A stretch of DNA of 64,000 bases, taken from contig CAZSUY010000007.1 of the NCBI GenBank assembly GCA_964610155.1, positions 15,376 to 79,375 on the forward strand. Direction: 5' to 3'. The notes under the pieces were generated by a model. It did no database searches. It saw only the letters and a program-made list of their open reading frames with translations, and was not told the origin of the DNA. Positions 51,389-60,812 of the stretch are shown here, piece after piece; the stretch's first letter is position 1, and the number at the start of each line of letters is the position of its first letter. The DNA is from an uncultured Demequinaceae bacterium. GTDB lineage: Bacteria; Actinomycetota; Actinomycetes; Actinomycetales; Demequinaceae. The position numbers and the translations under genes were made by a program.

Positions 51389-51474
51389 GGTCCCGACGTT
51401 ACCGGCATTCGTTGACGAATGGGAACCTCAAGCGGGAGATCTCAACCCAACCGTTATATCCGAAATTGCGCCTC

Positions 51475-52776
51475 CTAGCAGTCGCGCAGGAACCTCTCGA
51501 GAACCCGGACCCCAAACTCGAGACCCGCGATCGGGACGCGCTCGTCGACGCTGTGAAAAAGTGCCGGAAAGTCGAGGTCCGGCTGTAGTTGAAGGGGCGC
51601 GAATCCATAGCCGCGGATGCCGAGGCGAGACATCGCCTTGTTGTCCGTTCCACCCGAGAGGGCATAGGGCAGGATCGGTGTCCCTGGATCTTCCGCGTGG
51701 AGGGCTTCGATCATCTTGTGCACGAGAGGGGCATCGAAGGGCTGGTCCAGAGCGACGTCCGTCACGATCGATTCCACCTTGACGTTCGGTCCAGCGAGTT
51801 CCTCGATCTTGGCATACACTTCCTCCTGCTGGCCTGGAAGGAATCGGGTATCAACGACGGCCTCGGCACTGTCCGGGATGACGTTGGACTTGTATCCCCC
51901 GTTGAGTTGCGTCGGGTTCGCGGTGTTCCTCACCGTGGCCCCCACGAAGCGCGCCGAGCCGCCGAGATGAGCGACGAGCCTGTCAACGACTTCGGGTTCC
52001 GGTGCATACACCTCTCCCGTGAGATCCGCGACGCCCCTCAGGAGTGCCTCGACAGTGGGGGTGATACAGAGGGGCCAGGAATAGTGCCCGATGCGCGCGA
52101 GGGCCTCCGCAAGGTGAGTAACGGCGTTGTCCTCGTGGATCAGACTCCCATGACCGGCCGTGCCGGTCGAGACCAACCTGAGCCACTGGATGCCCTTCTC
52201 CGCGGTCTGGATGAGGTAGGAGCGGCGGCCATTGATCTCTGTGGAGAACCCACCAACCTCGCTAATCGCCTCCGTCGCACCCCGGAAGTCGTCGGGGTGG
52301 TTTTCCACCATGTACCGTGACCCCTTGCCCCCGCCCGCCTCTTCGTCGGCGAAGAATCCGAGCACGACATCCCGTTCTGGCTTGACTCCATTGCCGATCA
52401 TCCCCGAAACGGTTGCGAGGATCATGGCGTCGGTCCCCTTCATGTCCGCCGCTCCGCGTCCCCAGATCATGCCGTCCTCAATCTCCGCAGAGAACGGTGG
52501 GTGACGCCACTCCTCCGGAAAGGCGGGAACGACGTCGAGGTGGCCGTGCACGACGAGAGGCGGACGGGACCGGTCGGCCCCCTCCCAAATCGCGGTGAGG
52601 TTCGTGCGGCGGGGGGCAGATTCCCGGATGACCGGGTCGAGCCCCAGGTCGGCTAGGAACGCGGCGACGTATTCCGTCGCCTCGCACTCACCAGGGCCCG
52701 AGTCGTCGCCATAGTTCGACGTGTCGATGCGGATCAGGTCCTGGGCGATCCTCGCGACATCGGGAACGGGACTCAT
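51475..52776 (-). CDS. M20/M25/M40 family metallopeptidase
   Basis: 433 aa with HGHLDVVP and ADEEAGG metal-binding motifs. Confidence 0.85.
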   Translation of the reverse strand: MSPVPDVARIAQDLIRIDTSNYGDDSGPGECEATEYVAAFLADLGLDPVIRESAPRRTNLTAIWEGADRSRPPLVVHGHLDVVPAFPEEWRHPPFSAEIEDGMIWGRGAADMKGTDAMILATVSGMIGNGVKPERDVVLGFFADEEAGGGKGSRYMVENHPDDFRGATEAISEVGGFSTEINGRRSYLIQTAEKGIQWLRLVSTGTAGHGSLIHEDNAVTHLAEALARIGHYSWPLCITPTVEALLRGVADLTGEVYAPEPEVVDRLVAHLGGSARFVGATVRNTANPTQLNGGYKSNVIPDSAEAVVDTRFLPGQQEEVYAKIEELAGPNVKVESIVTDVALDQPFDAPLVHKMIEALHAEDPGTPILPYALSGGTDNKAMSRLGIRGYGFAPLQLQPDLDFPALFHSVDERVPIAGLEFGVRVLERFLRDC

Positions 52777-52900
52777 ATTCGTAGGCTAGCGGATTGAGGC
52801 GGTGGTATCCCAGAGAACCTGTCCCCTTGCCAACTAGTCCTTCCGGGGGGATTAGAACCCCTCCCGGGGGGGGACAACATCGCCCCCGAGACGGTGTAAC

Positions 52901-53845
52901 GTGCTCGCTGTGACAACGGATATTCAGGTCGACGACCTACACAAGTCCTATGGAACGACGCGAGCGGTTGATGGCGTTTCGTTCGAGGTCGAACGGGGCG
53001 AGATCTTCGGCATCCTCGGCCCGAACGGCGCAGGCAAGACTACGACCGTCGAATGCCTTCAGGGCCTTCGCCACCCCGACTCCGGGACCCTCCGCATCCT
53101 CGGCCTCGATCCCACGAGGGACCTCCGCGAGGTCAAGCGCCGCATCGGCAGTCAACTCCAGGAGTCCGCGCTCCCCGATCGCATCAAGGTGTGGGAGGCT
53201 CTCGACCTCTTTGCGGCGAGCGCCGGCAGCTCGGTCGACTGGGAACCCCTCGTCGACGACTGGGGCCTCGCGACCAAGCGCGACGCCCAGTTCGCATCGC
53301 TCAGCGGCGGCCAGAAGCAGCGGCTGCTGGTGGCGCTCTCCCTCGTCAACCAGCCCGAGGTCGTCTTCCTCGACGAGATGACGACCGGGATGGACCCATT
53401 CGCGAGACGCGTCGCCTGGGGACTAATCGAGCGGATTCGCGACAAGGGTTCGACGGTCGTTCTGGTCAGCCACTTCATGGATGAGGCTGAGCGGCTATGT
53501 GATCGCCTGGCGATCATCGCGGGCGGCAGAGTCGTGGCCATGGGGACGCCAGAGGAGTTGCGCCGCGAGCACGGAGGGCCAACCCGGGTGCGATTCACGG
53601 CGGCCATCGACACCCGGTTCCTCTCGAAGGCGAAGGGTGTCAATCTCGTCCGCGCGGACGACGGGACCATCGAGGTCGAGGGGAAGGGCGCGGTGGCCGT
53701 GTCGGTCGCGGCGGCCCTCGCCGCCAAGGGACTTGCCCCTGAGGACTTCGAGGTCCTCCGGCCAAGCCTCGAGGACGTCTACCTCAAGCTCACGGGAGAC
53801 ACGGGCGACGGACCAGGCGACGGACCCCCCGGGGAGGCTCCATGA
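52901..53845 (+). CDS. ABC transporter ATP-binding protein
   Basis: Walker A GPNGAGKTT, signature LSGGQKQRL, Walker B VVFLDEMTTGMD. It uses a GTG start and has a 4-nt overlap with the permease gene. Confidence 0.9.
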   Translation: MLAVTTDIQVDDLHKSYGTTRAVDGVSFEVERGEIFGILGPNGAGKTTTVECLQGLRHPDSGTLRILGLDPTRDLREVKRRIGSQLQESALPDRIKVWEALDLFAASAGSSVDWEPLVDDWGLATKRDAQFASLSGGQKQRLLVALSLVNQPEVVFLDEMTTGMDPFARRVAWGLIERIRDKGSTVVLVSHFMDEAERLCDRLAIIAGGRVVAMGTPEELRREHGGPTRVRFTAAIDTRFLSKAKGVNLVRADDGTIEVEGKGAVAVSVAAALAAKGLAPEDFEVLRPSLEDVYLKLTGDTGDGPGDGPPGEAP

Positions 53846-54591
53846 CCATACTCCTGAAGTTCGCGTGGCTCGAGGCGAAGCTCCTTCTCCGGGAACCGGT
53901 GACCCTCGTGTTTACCCTTGGCCTCCCGATCGTCATGGAACTCGTCATGGGCGGCGTGTTCGGCAACGATGTCGACCCCGAGTTCTACCGCGGAGTCGGC
54001 GCAATGGACTACTACATGCCTGCCTACGTCGGCCTCGTCGTCGCAGCCTTGGGGCTCATCACGCTCCCCACTCACATTGCGACCTACCGTGAGCGCGGCG
54101 TTTTGCGGCGTTTCGAGGCATCGTCGATCCCCCGACGCACGATCGTCGGCGCCCACTCGATCGTCATGATCGTCCTGGCCTTAATCGGAGCCATGCTTGT
54201 CGTCTTCGTCGGGATCGTGGCCTACCACCCTGCCATGCCCCACTCATGGCCATGCGTCATCGGAGCCTTTCTCCTGACGGCGCTCGCTTTCGCGGCGATC
54301 GGCACGCTCCTCGGCCTCGCGGTGCCGACCGCACGCGCAGCTCAGGGCATCGGGATCATGCTGTGGTTCGTCATGCTCATCCTCGGAGGCGCAGGTCCGC
54401 CCCCCGAGGCTCTTCCCGCTGCGATGGTCACCGTCGGCGAGTTCACGCCGCTCCAGCACGCCATCGTCCTACTCCAGGACCCTTGGCTCGGGCTGAGGTG
54501 GAACTGGGGCCAGGCGGGGATCGTCGTCGGGTTCGGCGTCGCGTGCCTAGGGCTCACGGCTTTCGTGTCGCGAAGATTGTCCGCCCGGTAG
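53842..54591 (+). CDS. ABC-2 type transporter permease
   Basis: 249 aa with about six hydrophobic segments. It is translationally coupled to the ATPase gene. Confidence 0.8.
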   Translation: MTILLKFAWLEAKLLLREPVTLVFTLGLPIVMELVMGGVFGNDVDPEFYRGVGAMDYYMPAYVGLVVAALGLITLPTHIATYRERGVLRRFEASSIPRRTIVGAHSIVMIVLALIGAMLVVFVGIVAYHPAMPHSWPCVIGAFLLTALAFAAIGTLLGLAVPTARAAQGIGIMLWFVMLILGGAGPPPEALPAAMVTVGEFTPLQHAIVLLQDPWLGLRWNWGQAGIVVGFGVACLGLTAFVSRRLSAR

Positions 54592-54610
54592 ATGGGTCCG
54601 GATACGCAAA

Positions 54611-54632
54611 GGGCCGGGATTGCTCCCGGCCC
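54611..54632. terminator. bidirectional hairpin between the ABC permease gene and tRNA-Leu
   Basis: Perfect 9-bp stem GGGCCGGGA / TCCCGGCCC with loop TTGC. It lies 20 nt after the permease stop and 18 nt after the tRNA 3' end. TTTGCG follows on the minus strand. Confidence 0.6.
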
Positions 54633-54649
54633 GACGTCTGGTCCTGCCA

Positions 54650-54738
54650 TGGTGTCCGAGGGGGGACTTGAACCCCCACGCCCGTTAAAGGGCACTAGCA
54701 CCTCAAGCTAGCGCGTCTGCCAATTCCGCCACCCGGAC
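54650..54738 (-). tRNA. tRNA-Leu (anticodon GAG), class II, CCA encoded
   Basis: Reverse complement: GTCCGGG TG GCG GAATTGGCAGA CGC G CTAGC TTGAGGT GCTAG TGCCCTTTAACGGGCGT GGGGG TTCAAGT CCCCC CTCGGAC A CCA. It is 89 nt with a 17-nt extra arm. Confidence 0.95.
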
Positions 54739-54753
54739 AGGTGGTTTGCGGGC

Positions 54754-54778
54754 AAAAAAACGGCTCGCAACGCGACCG
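54754..54778 (-). terminator. intrinsic terminator (hairpin + T7) upstream of tRNA-Leu
   Basis: The minus strand reads CGGTCGC-GTT-GCG(A)GCCG followed by TTTTTTT. It lies about 185 nt downstream of the etfA-like stop and 15 nt before the tRNA 5' end. Confidence 0.55.
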
Positions 54779-54964
54779 ACAGATTAGCACGAGGGGCCCC
54801 TTTCGCGTTACTAGTAGAACCTACGGGTAGTGGGTCAGTTTGAGCTTTCGAGAGGCGATGACCGCTACGGGGGTTAGAAAGGCTCTACAGAAGCTCGGCG
54901 ATCTCTCGGAGGGTCCAGACGTGATCGGCGACTCCGGCGGCGGTCAACCGCTGCCGACAACCGA

Positions 54965-56011
54965 TCAGGCGTCGGCCGCGAGCAGCTCGTTGACCTTTGC
55001 CATGACCTCGAAGGCATCGGCGATGTAGAGCACGTCTGCCTTGCCCTGGGCCCAGCCGCAGGTCTCGTCGAGGTTGATCGCCCGGCGCTCTGAGATGAAG
55101 CGCCAGCCGACGACGTGCGGCTCCTCACCGTGGCAGCAGGTCGCGAGTCCCTTGCGGTGGCGCGGCGTCGAGCCGGTCTGGCCGATCTGGTTGAGGTGGC
55201 TCATGAACGACATGACCTCGGCACCCTCGGAGCCCTGGTCGACGAGCGACTTGCTGCTGCCGAGCGAAGCGCGGGCGAGATCGAGGAAACCGAGGACCAG
55301 GCTCTCGGCGTCATTGACGTGTGTCGCACCGTCCTTTTGCTTCTTTGTCCAGCCGGCGCCGGCGACCAGCAGGGTCTCGGCGTCGGGGCGGATGGTCTGG
55401 GCCTCGGAGGCGGCGGCCTCGATCCCCGTAACCTGCGTGCGAAACTTCACCCCAGGGAGGTCAACCGCCACGTCTTCGAGACTGGCCTTGCCGGACTGGG
55501 TCGACACAGGCTCCGTCGGTGCGGGCTCGAACGCGCCGGGGCTCGTGAGCAGGAACCATGGGCGCTGGCTGCGGCAAAGCCTCGCCACTATGCGCTGCCG
55601 GTAGAACCAACGCTCGCCATGCACGGCGTCGCCCTCGGCCATGAGCCCGGTGACCTGCGTCTCGATCCGACCATCGAGCCGCGCGGCTGTGCCGGGCAGC
55701 GCCCGGCAGAACCGCGGCGTCGCCGGGGCAATGACGATCGTCGCCGCGGACTTCTCGACAAGGGCCACAGCTGCGGCGACGTCACTGACGTAGCGCGAAA
55801 CGGCGAACTCGGCGCCGCTCACGCCCAGGACCTGCTCGATTCCGCTCAGGGTATCCGCCGCCGAGGCGACATCCGCGCCGATCAAGCCAGCGGCAAGGGT
55901 CGCTCCCTCGAGGTCGCGGGCAAGGTTCTTCGCTGCAGTCAGGGCTTCGTACGCGGCCTTGGGCAGTGTGCCGTCCGCCTCGGTGTGGGCCAGGAAAAGA
56001 ATCTTGTCCAT
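54965..56011 (-). CDS. electron transfer flavoprotein alpha-subunit-like protein (divergent)
   Basis: 348 aa collinear with EtfA (...GSSKSLVD...NQIGQTGSTP...AINLDE...IADAFEVM). The canonical GISGAIQH segment is replaced by CCHGEEPH. Confidence 0.75.
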   Translation of the reverse strand: MDKILFLAHTEADGTLPKAAYEALTAAKNLARDLEGATLAAGLIGADVASAADTLSGIEQVLGVSGAEFAVSRYVSDVAAAVALVEKSAATIVIAPATPRFCRALPGTAARLDGRIETQVTGLMAEGDAVHGERWFYRQRIVARLCRSQRPWFLLTSPGAFEPAPTEPVSTQSGKASLEDVAVDLPGVKFRTQVTGIEAAASEAQTIRPDAETLLVAGAGWTKKQKDGATHVNDAESLVLGFLDLARASLGSSKSLVDQGSEGAEVMSFMSHLNQIGQTGSTPRHRKGLATCCHGEEPHVVGWRFISERRAINLDETCGWAQGKADVLYIADAFEVMAKVNELLAADA

Positions 56012-56025
56012 GGTTCGTAGCCTCC

Positions 56026-56835
56026 TCAGCCCTTGATCCAGGTAACGATCTCCTGCGCGACCTCGTCCGCGGAGGAGTCCTTCACGACACGCGTCTCACG
56101 CCGCTGCTGCGGCATCTCGGCCGTTAGCCAGGTAGTGCCTTCCCCACCGAGCGGTGCCGGTTTGGCCTGCGCCAGCGCCGGCATGACCGTCCGCATGTTC
56201 TGCATGCCGACCTGCGGGCTGTTGGGCGGTTCGGGCAGCGAGCCGGTCGCCCAGGCCGCGACGAGCGGCGGCCCCTCGCAGACCGAGGCGAGATAACGAC
56301 CGCCCTCGATACGCTCGAGCACTCGAATCGAACCGCCGTCCACCACCTTCAGTTCGTCTACCGCAAGGAACTGGTCGTGAATACCGAGCCGCTCGCCGAC
56401 CATCTGCACCGTAACGCCGGCATCGCGAGAGGCCGAGGCGCAACCGCCAAAGAGCAGGAGCCGGGACCGATCGAGGCCGTCGATCGCCTCGATCGCCGCA
56501 GCGAGCGCCGCGGCAACCTCGAAGGAGTCAGTGAAGCCGCTGGCCGAGCCATCGAGGGCGACCAGTTCGAACGGCACCTTCTGCGCCGCCCGCATCATGA
56601 GCTGCTGCAGCTGGGCCTTGGGCCCGAGGCTGACCAGCCACACCTTGCTACCTTGGGTCTGAGCCGCGAGGTGTGCGGCCTCGTAGAGCGCATGCCCGGC
56701 CCAAGGGTCGAGCACCGAGGGCAGCATCGCCTCGTTCTTCAGCGCGGGCTGGCCGCCACCGAACACCGGATCCAGGGTCTGGATCGGGTCGGGCACGAGG
56801 CTGCCACACACGACGATGTGGAATCCGTTACTCAT
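56026..56835 (-). CDS. electron transfer flavoprotein beta-subunit-like protein (divergent)
   Basis: 269 aa with EtfB-like topology (HIVVCGSLVPDP...LDPWAGHALYEAAHLA...LLLFGG). It lies immediately upstream of the etfA-like gene. Confidence 0.7.
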   Translation of the reverse strand: MSNGFHIVVCGSLVPDPIQTLDPVFGGGQPALKNEAMLPSVLDPWAGHALYEAAHLAAQTQGSKVWLVSLGPKAQLQQLMMRAAQKVPFELVALDGSASGFTDSFEVAAALAAAIEAIDGLDRSRLLLFGGCASASRDAGVTVQMVGERLGIHDQFLAVDELKVVDGGSIRVLERIEGGRYLASVCEGPPLVAAWATGSLPEPPNSPQVGMQNMRTVMPALAQAKPAPLGGEGTTWLTAEMPQQRRETRVVKDSSADEVAQEIVTWIKG

Positions 56836-56858
56836 CAGTCATCTCCAAGATCGGTCGA

Positions 56859-58712
56859 TCAGTTCTCCGCGGAATGCAAGCCTCCGGCGCCCGCCTGCAA
56901 AGCGATGGCGCTGGCATCGTGGCCCGGTTCACGTGGCGCTGGACAGCTCCACTGGCAAGCGCCGCAGTGTATGCATTTCTCGCGGTCGAAGAGGGGAACT
57001 CCGCCTTCCCCGTCCAAGGTCAACGCCTGCCCGGAGCAGATGTTGACGCACAGCTTGGTCACACAGGCCTCGCACTGCGCCGGGGCGAGGAACACGACAT
57101 GGTCGGCATAGCCCGGCGGAGCCTGGACCTTGCCGCCGAGCAGCAAGGCGTCTTGCTGTGAGACGAGGAGCTCGCCGTCCAACGGAATGCTCGGCCAGCC
57201 GGCGCGGTCCATGTACACGTCCTGCAGCGGTCGCTGCGCTGCACTCGCCTCGGCCTCGATACGTTCGATCTCGCCGGCTGGGAGCTTGCCCTTGAAATAC
57301 TCGGCCAGGCTCTTGACCTCGCGGACCTTCGCCTTGCGGCCGCCGGGCGCGTTGAGCCGGCCGCGCGTCAAGCCGGTCAGACCCGTGCCGATCAGGCCAC
57401 GGACGAAACCACGCCGGAACCCGACCCGCGCCTTGGCCGCGACCTTGCTCTCCTTGTCGAGCGAGCTCTCCCGGCGGCGCCTTACGTAGGTCCGCTCGAT
57501 GTTGTCGCGGGTGAACGGCTGCTTGCTCCGGAGCAGCTCAAGCACCCCATCGGCGAGCTGCACGCCGGTCGTCCAGGCCTCGTCGACACCGGAGTTGGTC
57601 AGAACATTCGTGCTGCCCGAGCCCTCGCCGATCCGAGCGTAGCCGTCGCCGCACAGGTGGGGCTCACCCTGGCGACCGGACTCCTGTAGCGATTTGGCCC
57701 CCCACGCGCGCAGCTTGCCGCCCTTCAGGTGCCGCCAGAGGTAGGGGTGCTGCATCCAGTGCTGCAGGTAGCGGTAGCTGGCGAGCACTGGACTGTCTAG
57801 GGACGACGGCACGAAGATCCCGAGCGAGGCAAGGCCCGGCTGGTGGACGTACAGAAAGCCGAAGATCTCCGGCTCGGGGTAGCCCATCGTGTGCAACACG
57901 GTGCCCGGTTCGAGCGCACAATCATCGGGCAGGTCCACGACCACCTTCATGCCGACCGCCCAGTCGCGCCGCACATTCCCCTCAGGCAATCCGAAGTGCT
58001 CGTCGAGCCTCCGGCCGATCGGGCCGACGGGGCCATCGGCGACGACGGTCAGAGCCGCCTTGATGTCCATGCCGGGGAGGTAGCCAGCCTCGGGCTCGCC
58101 CCCCAGATCCGTGCCCTGGTCGACGAGTCGCACACCGACGACGGCGTCGTCTTCGATCAGCGGCTCGGCGACTGGGGTGCCCGGCCAAAGCTGGACCTGC
58201 GCTTCGGCCATCAGCTGGCCAGCGACCCACTGGTTGAACTGGCCCATGCCGAGCACCAGACCGCCGTCCTTGTGCAGGAACTTGGGAATGAAGGGGAGCT
58301 TGAAGGCTTCATCACGCACCGGAAGCATGAAGCGCAGTCCGCGCAGCATCTTGTCGGCGCACCGCACCGCGAAGCCGCGCCGGCTAGCGCCGATCGGGTC
58401 GAGCAGGTAGACGACCTCCTCGCTCGTGACCGGCGCGGTCATCGGGATACTTGCCGGATCGAGATCAGGGTACGTCTGGCGGATCCCCGTAGCCCGCGTG
58501 ACGACACCGGACACGCCGAAGCCGAGGTCGTCGGCCCGCTCGTAGCAGACGACCTGCGGTGGCATGCCTGGCATCGCGCCACTCTCGAGCTCGCCCTGGG
58601 CCTCGGCCAAGCCACGCGAGAGTGTCGTCAAGAAGCCACCGCTCGCCGGGCCGAACCCGACGCATGCGATGTCGACCTCCAGGCACTGTCGTTCTACCGC
58701 GTTGTCTTGCAT
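56859..58712 (-). CDS. ETF dehydrogenase-like flavoprotein (FixC-like domain fused to FixX-like 4Fe-4S ferredoxin domain; ETF-QO type)
   Basis: 617 aa with an N-terminal FAD fold (DIACVGFGPASGG). The C-terminus has a Cys cluster, CEACVTKLCVNICSGQ...CIHCGACQWSCP. Confidence 0.75.
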   Translation of the reverse strand: MQDNAVERQCLEVDIACVGFGPASGGFLTTLSRGLAEAQGELESGAMPGMPPQVVCYERADDLGFGVSGVVTRATGIRQTYPDLDPASIPMTAPVTSEEVVYLLDPIGASRRGFAVRCADKMLRGLRFMLPVRDEAFKLPFIPKFLHKDGGLVLGMGQFNQWVAGQLMAEAQVQLWPGTPVAEPLIEDDAVVGVRLVDQGTDLGGEPEAGYLPGMDIKAALTVVADGPVGPIGRRLDEHFGLPEGNVRRDWAVGMKVVVDLPDDCALEPGTVLHTMGYPEPEIFGFLYVHQPGLASLGIFVPSSLDSPVLASYRYLQHWMQHPYLWRHLKGGKLRAWGAKSLQESGRQGEPHLCGDGYARIGEGSGSTNVLTNSGVDEAWTTGVQLADGVLELLRSKQPFTRDNIERTYVRRRRESSLDKESKVAAKARVGFRRGFVRGLIGTGLTGLTRGRLNAPGGRKAKVREVKSLAEYFKGKLPAGEIERIEAEASAAQRPLQDVYMDRAGWPSIPLDGELLVSQQDALLLGGKVQAPPGYADHVVFLAPAQCEACVTKLCVNICSGQALTLDGEGGVPLFDREKCIHCGACQWSCPAPREPGHDASAIALQAGAGGLHSAEN

Positions 58713-58718
58713 TGACGC

Positions 58719-60812
58719 TCAGCTCGGGTAGTCGAGCGCTTCGGGGATCATGACGCCAGTGAGCGAGCGCCCGGCGCGGTCCTTGGCCAGGCGCGCTTCG
58801 GTCATGCAGCCGTCGAGCCGGCGGCGCAGTGCCTGGAAGGTCTCGAGACCCTGGGCCTGGTAGCTAGCATCGCAATCCTCCGAGTTCGGGTGCCGCTGGT
58901 AGCCGAAGACGAGCTCGGCGCAGATCCGCCCGACCTCGCCCCCGGCCCGGGCCGCTTGCACGCGGCACAAGTCGGTGAAGAACTGCAGGGTGCCGGGCAG
59001 GCTCTCCGCAAGCTCAGGCCGCTCGGCTCCCTTGCTCTCGAGCTCGAGCACGTCGAGCATCTGATAGCGGGAGGCGACCAGCCAGCTCAGCGCGTCGGCC
59101 ATCAGGAAGGTCACGCCCTGCCGCTTATCGCGGAAAAGCGGCCGCCCGTCAGCGTCATCAGTTTCGCGCAGGTGATCGAGCGTCCACCGCCACAGCTTCA
59201 TCGCGGTGCCGAGCGTGCAGGCGCCGAGGCCTGCCTTGTGGCCGGCGATCTGGCGCAACTCGTCGATCCAGTCGTCGAACTGGCGCAGGAACACCGAGTT
59301 CGTCATCGTGATGGTCAGCTGCCTGCGCTGCACTGCCTCGGGCCCCTCGTACGTGGCCTCAAGTTGGGCGTCCGTCCACTTCTGGCCGAGGAAGCCGGGG
59401 CAGTCCTCGGTGATGCCGTAGCCGCCGACCAGGGAGACCGCCTCGCGCATCGTGTTCGCACCGTGGCCGGTGTTCCAAAGCTTTGTCGCCGGGCAGAGCA
59501 CACTCGCGAGCGAGTCGTCGATGACGTAGCGAATCAGCGGATCCTCGCCGGGCGTCTCGCCGCCGGTGTCGCCGCCGGCGGCTTGGGTCTTGAGGAACTC
59601 GATTGCCGCCTTCTCGATCTCCCGCAGCTCGCCCATCTGGGCGCGGATGCCGGTGATCCCGCGCTCGGCGAAGATCCTGTCCTTTTCCTTCTTGAGGGGG
59701 TCGTATTCGTCGAACAGCCGCGCCGTCGCCAGGCCGAGCGAGGTGGCGGCCTCGCCCGTCGCCCAGACGTCGATCAGCCGATGCAGCGCGTCCTCCTTCT
59801 GCTGCAGCCCAAGGTCATGACGCGGCGTGCCGGGCTTGCCTTCACCGCCGCGGTAGCGCCCGCGCTGGTAGCGGATGATCGGCTCGACGGCGGAGAGGAG
59901 TTTGGCGGAGGTCATGAGGCCGACCGGCACGCGGGTATGCCGGAACACTGCGTTGAGGACCTCGCTGTGGCTGACGTTCGGCGTGAGGACGCCGTCCTTG
60001 ACCGTGTACCCGCCGACGATGCGGCTCGCCGGGACCTTCAGGCTGAAGATCGGATCGCGAGTCGACGACAACTGGTGCACGAGCTTCAGGGTCGGCGCAC
60101 CGCGGTCGAACACGCCCTCGTCCCCCTCCTCCAAGATGACGAAGAAGCTGCCGTCGATACGCTCGTCGGCGCCCTCGACCGCAGCCGTCACCACGTTCGC
60201 GAAGTCCATGTTCGTGATGAACCGTCCGCGCTTGTCGATCTGCAGGATCGGTTCCTCGCCGTCCTTCCACTCAGCAATCCTGGCCTTGCCCGACAGCACC
60301 CCAGTGTCCACGCCGACGTACGGCAACGGCTCGGTCAGCGCGAACGCCGCGCGACAGATCTCGCCATCGTTCGCGGGCACGGCGCGGGACATGTAGGTCT
60401 GCTTCTGCTCGGGTGTGCCGTGCTCGTGAATCGGCGACAGCCCGAGGTGGCCGGCGAGGCTGGAAGTCGCCGCCCCGCCATCGACCCACGAAAGCTCGAA
60501 GGCGGCCAGCGCCATGGCAAGGTTGCGGGGCCCCTCCAGGTAGCCGCCGTACTCGGGCTCGACGCACAGCGCGGTGATCCCGGCCTCGTCGAACGCTGCG
60601 AGGAGGGCGTTCTTCTCGTCGGTCCAGTCGTGGGAGTTGCGCCCACCGCTGGCGACCAACCGGGCGACCGGCCCGCGGGCGACTGCACGAACCGACTGCA
60701 CGACCATCTGCAGGTCGTAGCGGTCAGCAAACCGCCACATGATCTGCCGCACGTCGTCCCCAGGCAGCGTGCGCAGCGTGTCGGGTTCTCGTTTGTCCGT
60801 CGTCGCGCTCAT
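58719..60812 (-). CDS. large acyl-CoA dehydrogenase family protein
   Basis: 697 aa with an ACAD middle-domain motif (AAFALTEPLPYVGVDTG) and a C-terminal motif (GGYGITEDCPG...ATYEGPEAVQRRQL). It has extra sequence between the domains and at the C-terminus. It is the first gene of a four-gene operon with 6-, 23- and 14-nt spacers. Confidence 0.75.
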   Translation of the reverse strand: MSATTDKREPDTLRTLPGDDVRQIMWRFADRYDLQMVVQSVRAVARGPVARLVASGGRNSHDWTDEKNALLAAFDEAGITALCVEPEYGGYLEGPRNLAMALAAFELSWVDGGAATSSLAGHLGLSPIHEHGTPEQKQTYMSRAVPANDGEICRAAFALTEPLPYVGVDTGVLSGKARIAEWKDGEEPILQIDKRGRFITNMDFANVVTAAVEGADERIDGSFFVILEEGDEGVFDRGAPTLKLVHQLSSTRDPIFSLKVPASRIVGGYTVKDGVLTPNVSHSEVLNAVFRHTRVPVGLMTSAKLLSAVEPIIRYQRGRYRGGEGKPGTPRHDLGLQQKEDALHRLIDVWATGEAATSLGLATARLFDEYDPLKKEKDRIFAERGITGIRAQMGELREIEKAAIEFLKTQAAGGDTGGETPGEDPLIRYVIDDSLASVLCPATKLWNTGHGANTMREAVSLVGGYGITEDCPGFLGQKWTDAQLEATYEGPEAVQRRQLTITMTNSVFLRQFDDWIDELRQIAGHKAGLGACTLGTAMKLWRWTLDHLRETDDADGRPLFRDKRQGVTFLMADALSWLVASRYQMLDVLELESKGAERPELAESLPGTLQFFTDLCRVQAARAGGEVGRICAELVFGYQRHPNSEDCDASYQAQGLETFQALRRRLDGCMTEARLAKDRAGRSLTGVMIPEALDYPS

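Noticed and set aside
52836-52880. G6 and G8 runs forming an imperfect hairpin (CCGGGGGG-ATTAGAA-CCCCTCCCGG) in the divergent spacer between the M20 peptidase and ABC transporter genes; considered 6C-like RNA or G-quadruplex
   Set aside because: The stem needs a bulge and there are only two long G runs. The architecture does not match the two-hairpin C-loop 6C motif. It may still be a regulatory element, but I cannot support a call.
54840-55028. 62-aa plus-strand ORF in the spacer between tRNA-Leu and the etfA-like gene
   Set aside because: It has a TTG start and no Shine-Dalgarno sequence. Its 3' third overlaps the etfA-like coding region antisense, and it has no motif. The spacer is better explained as the 3' UTR plus terminator of the ETF operon.
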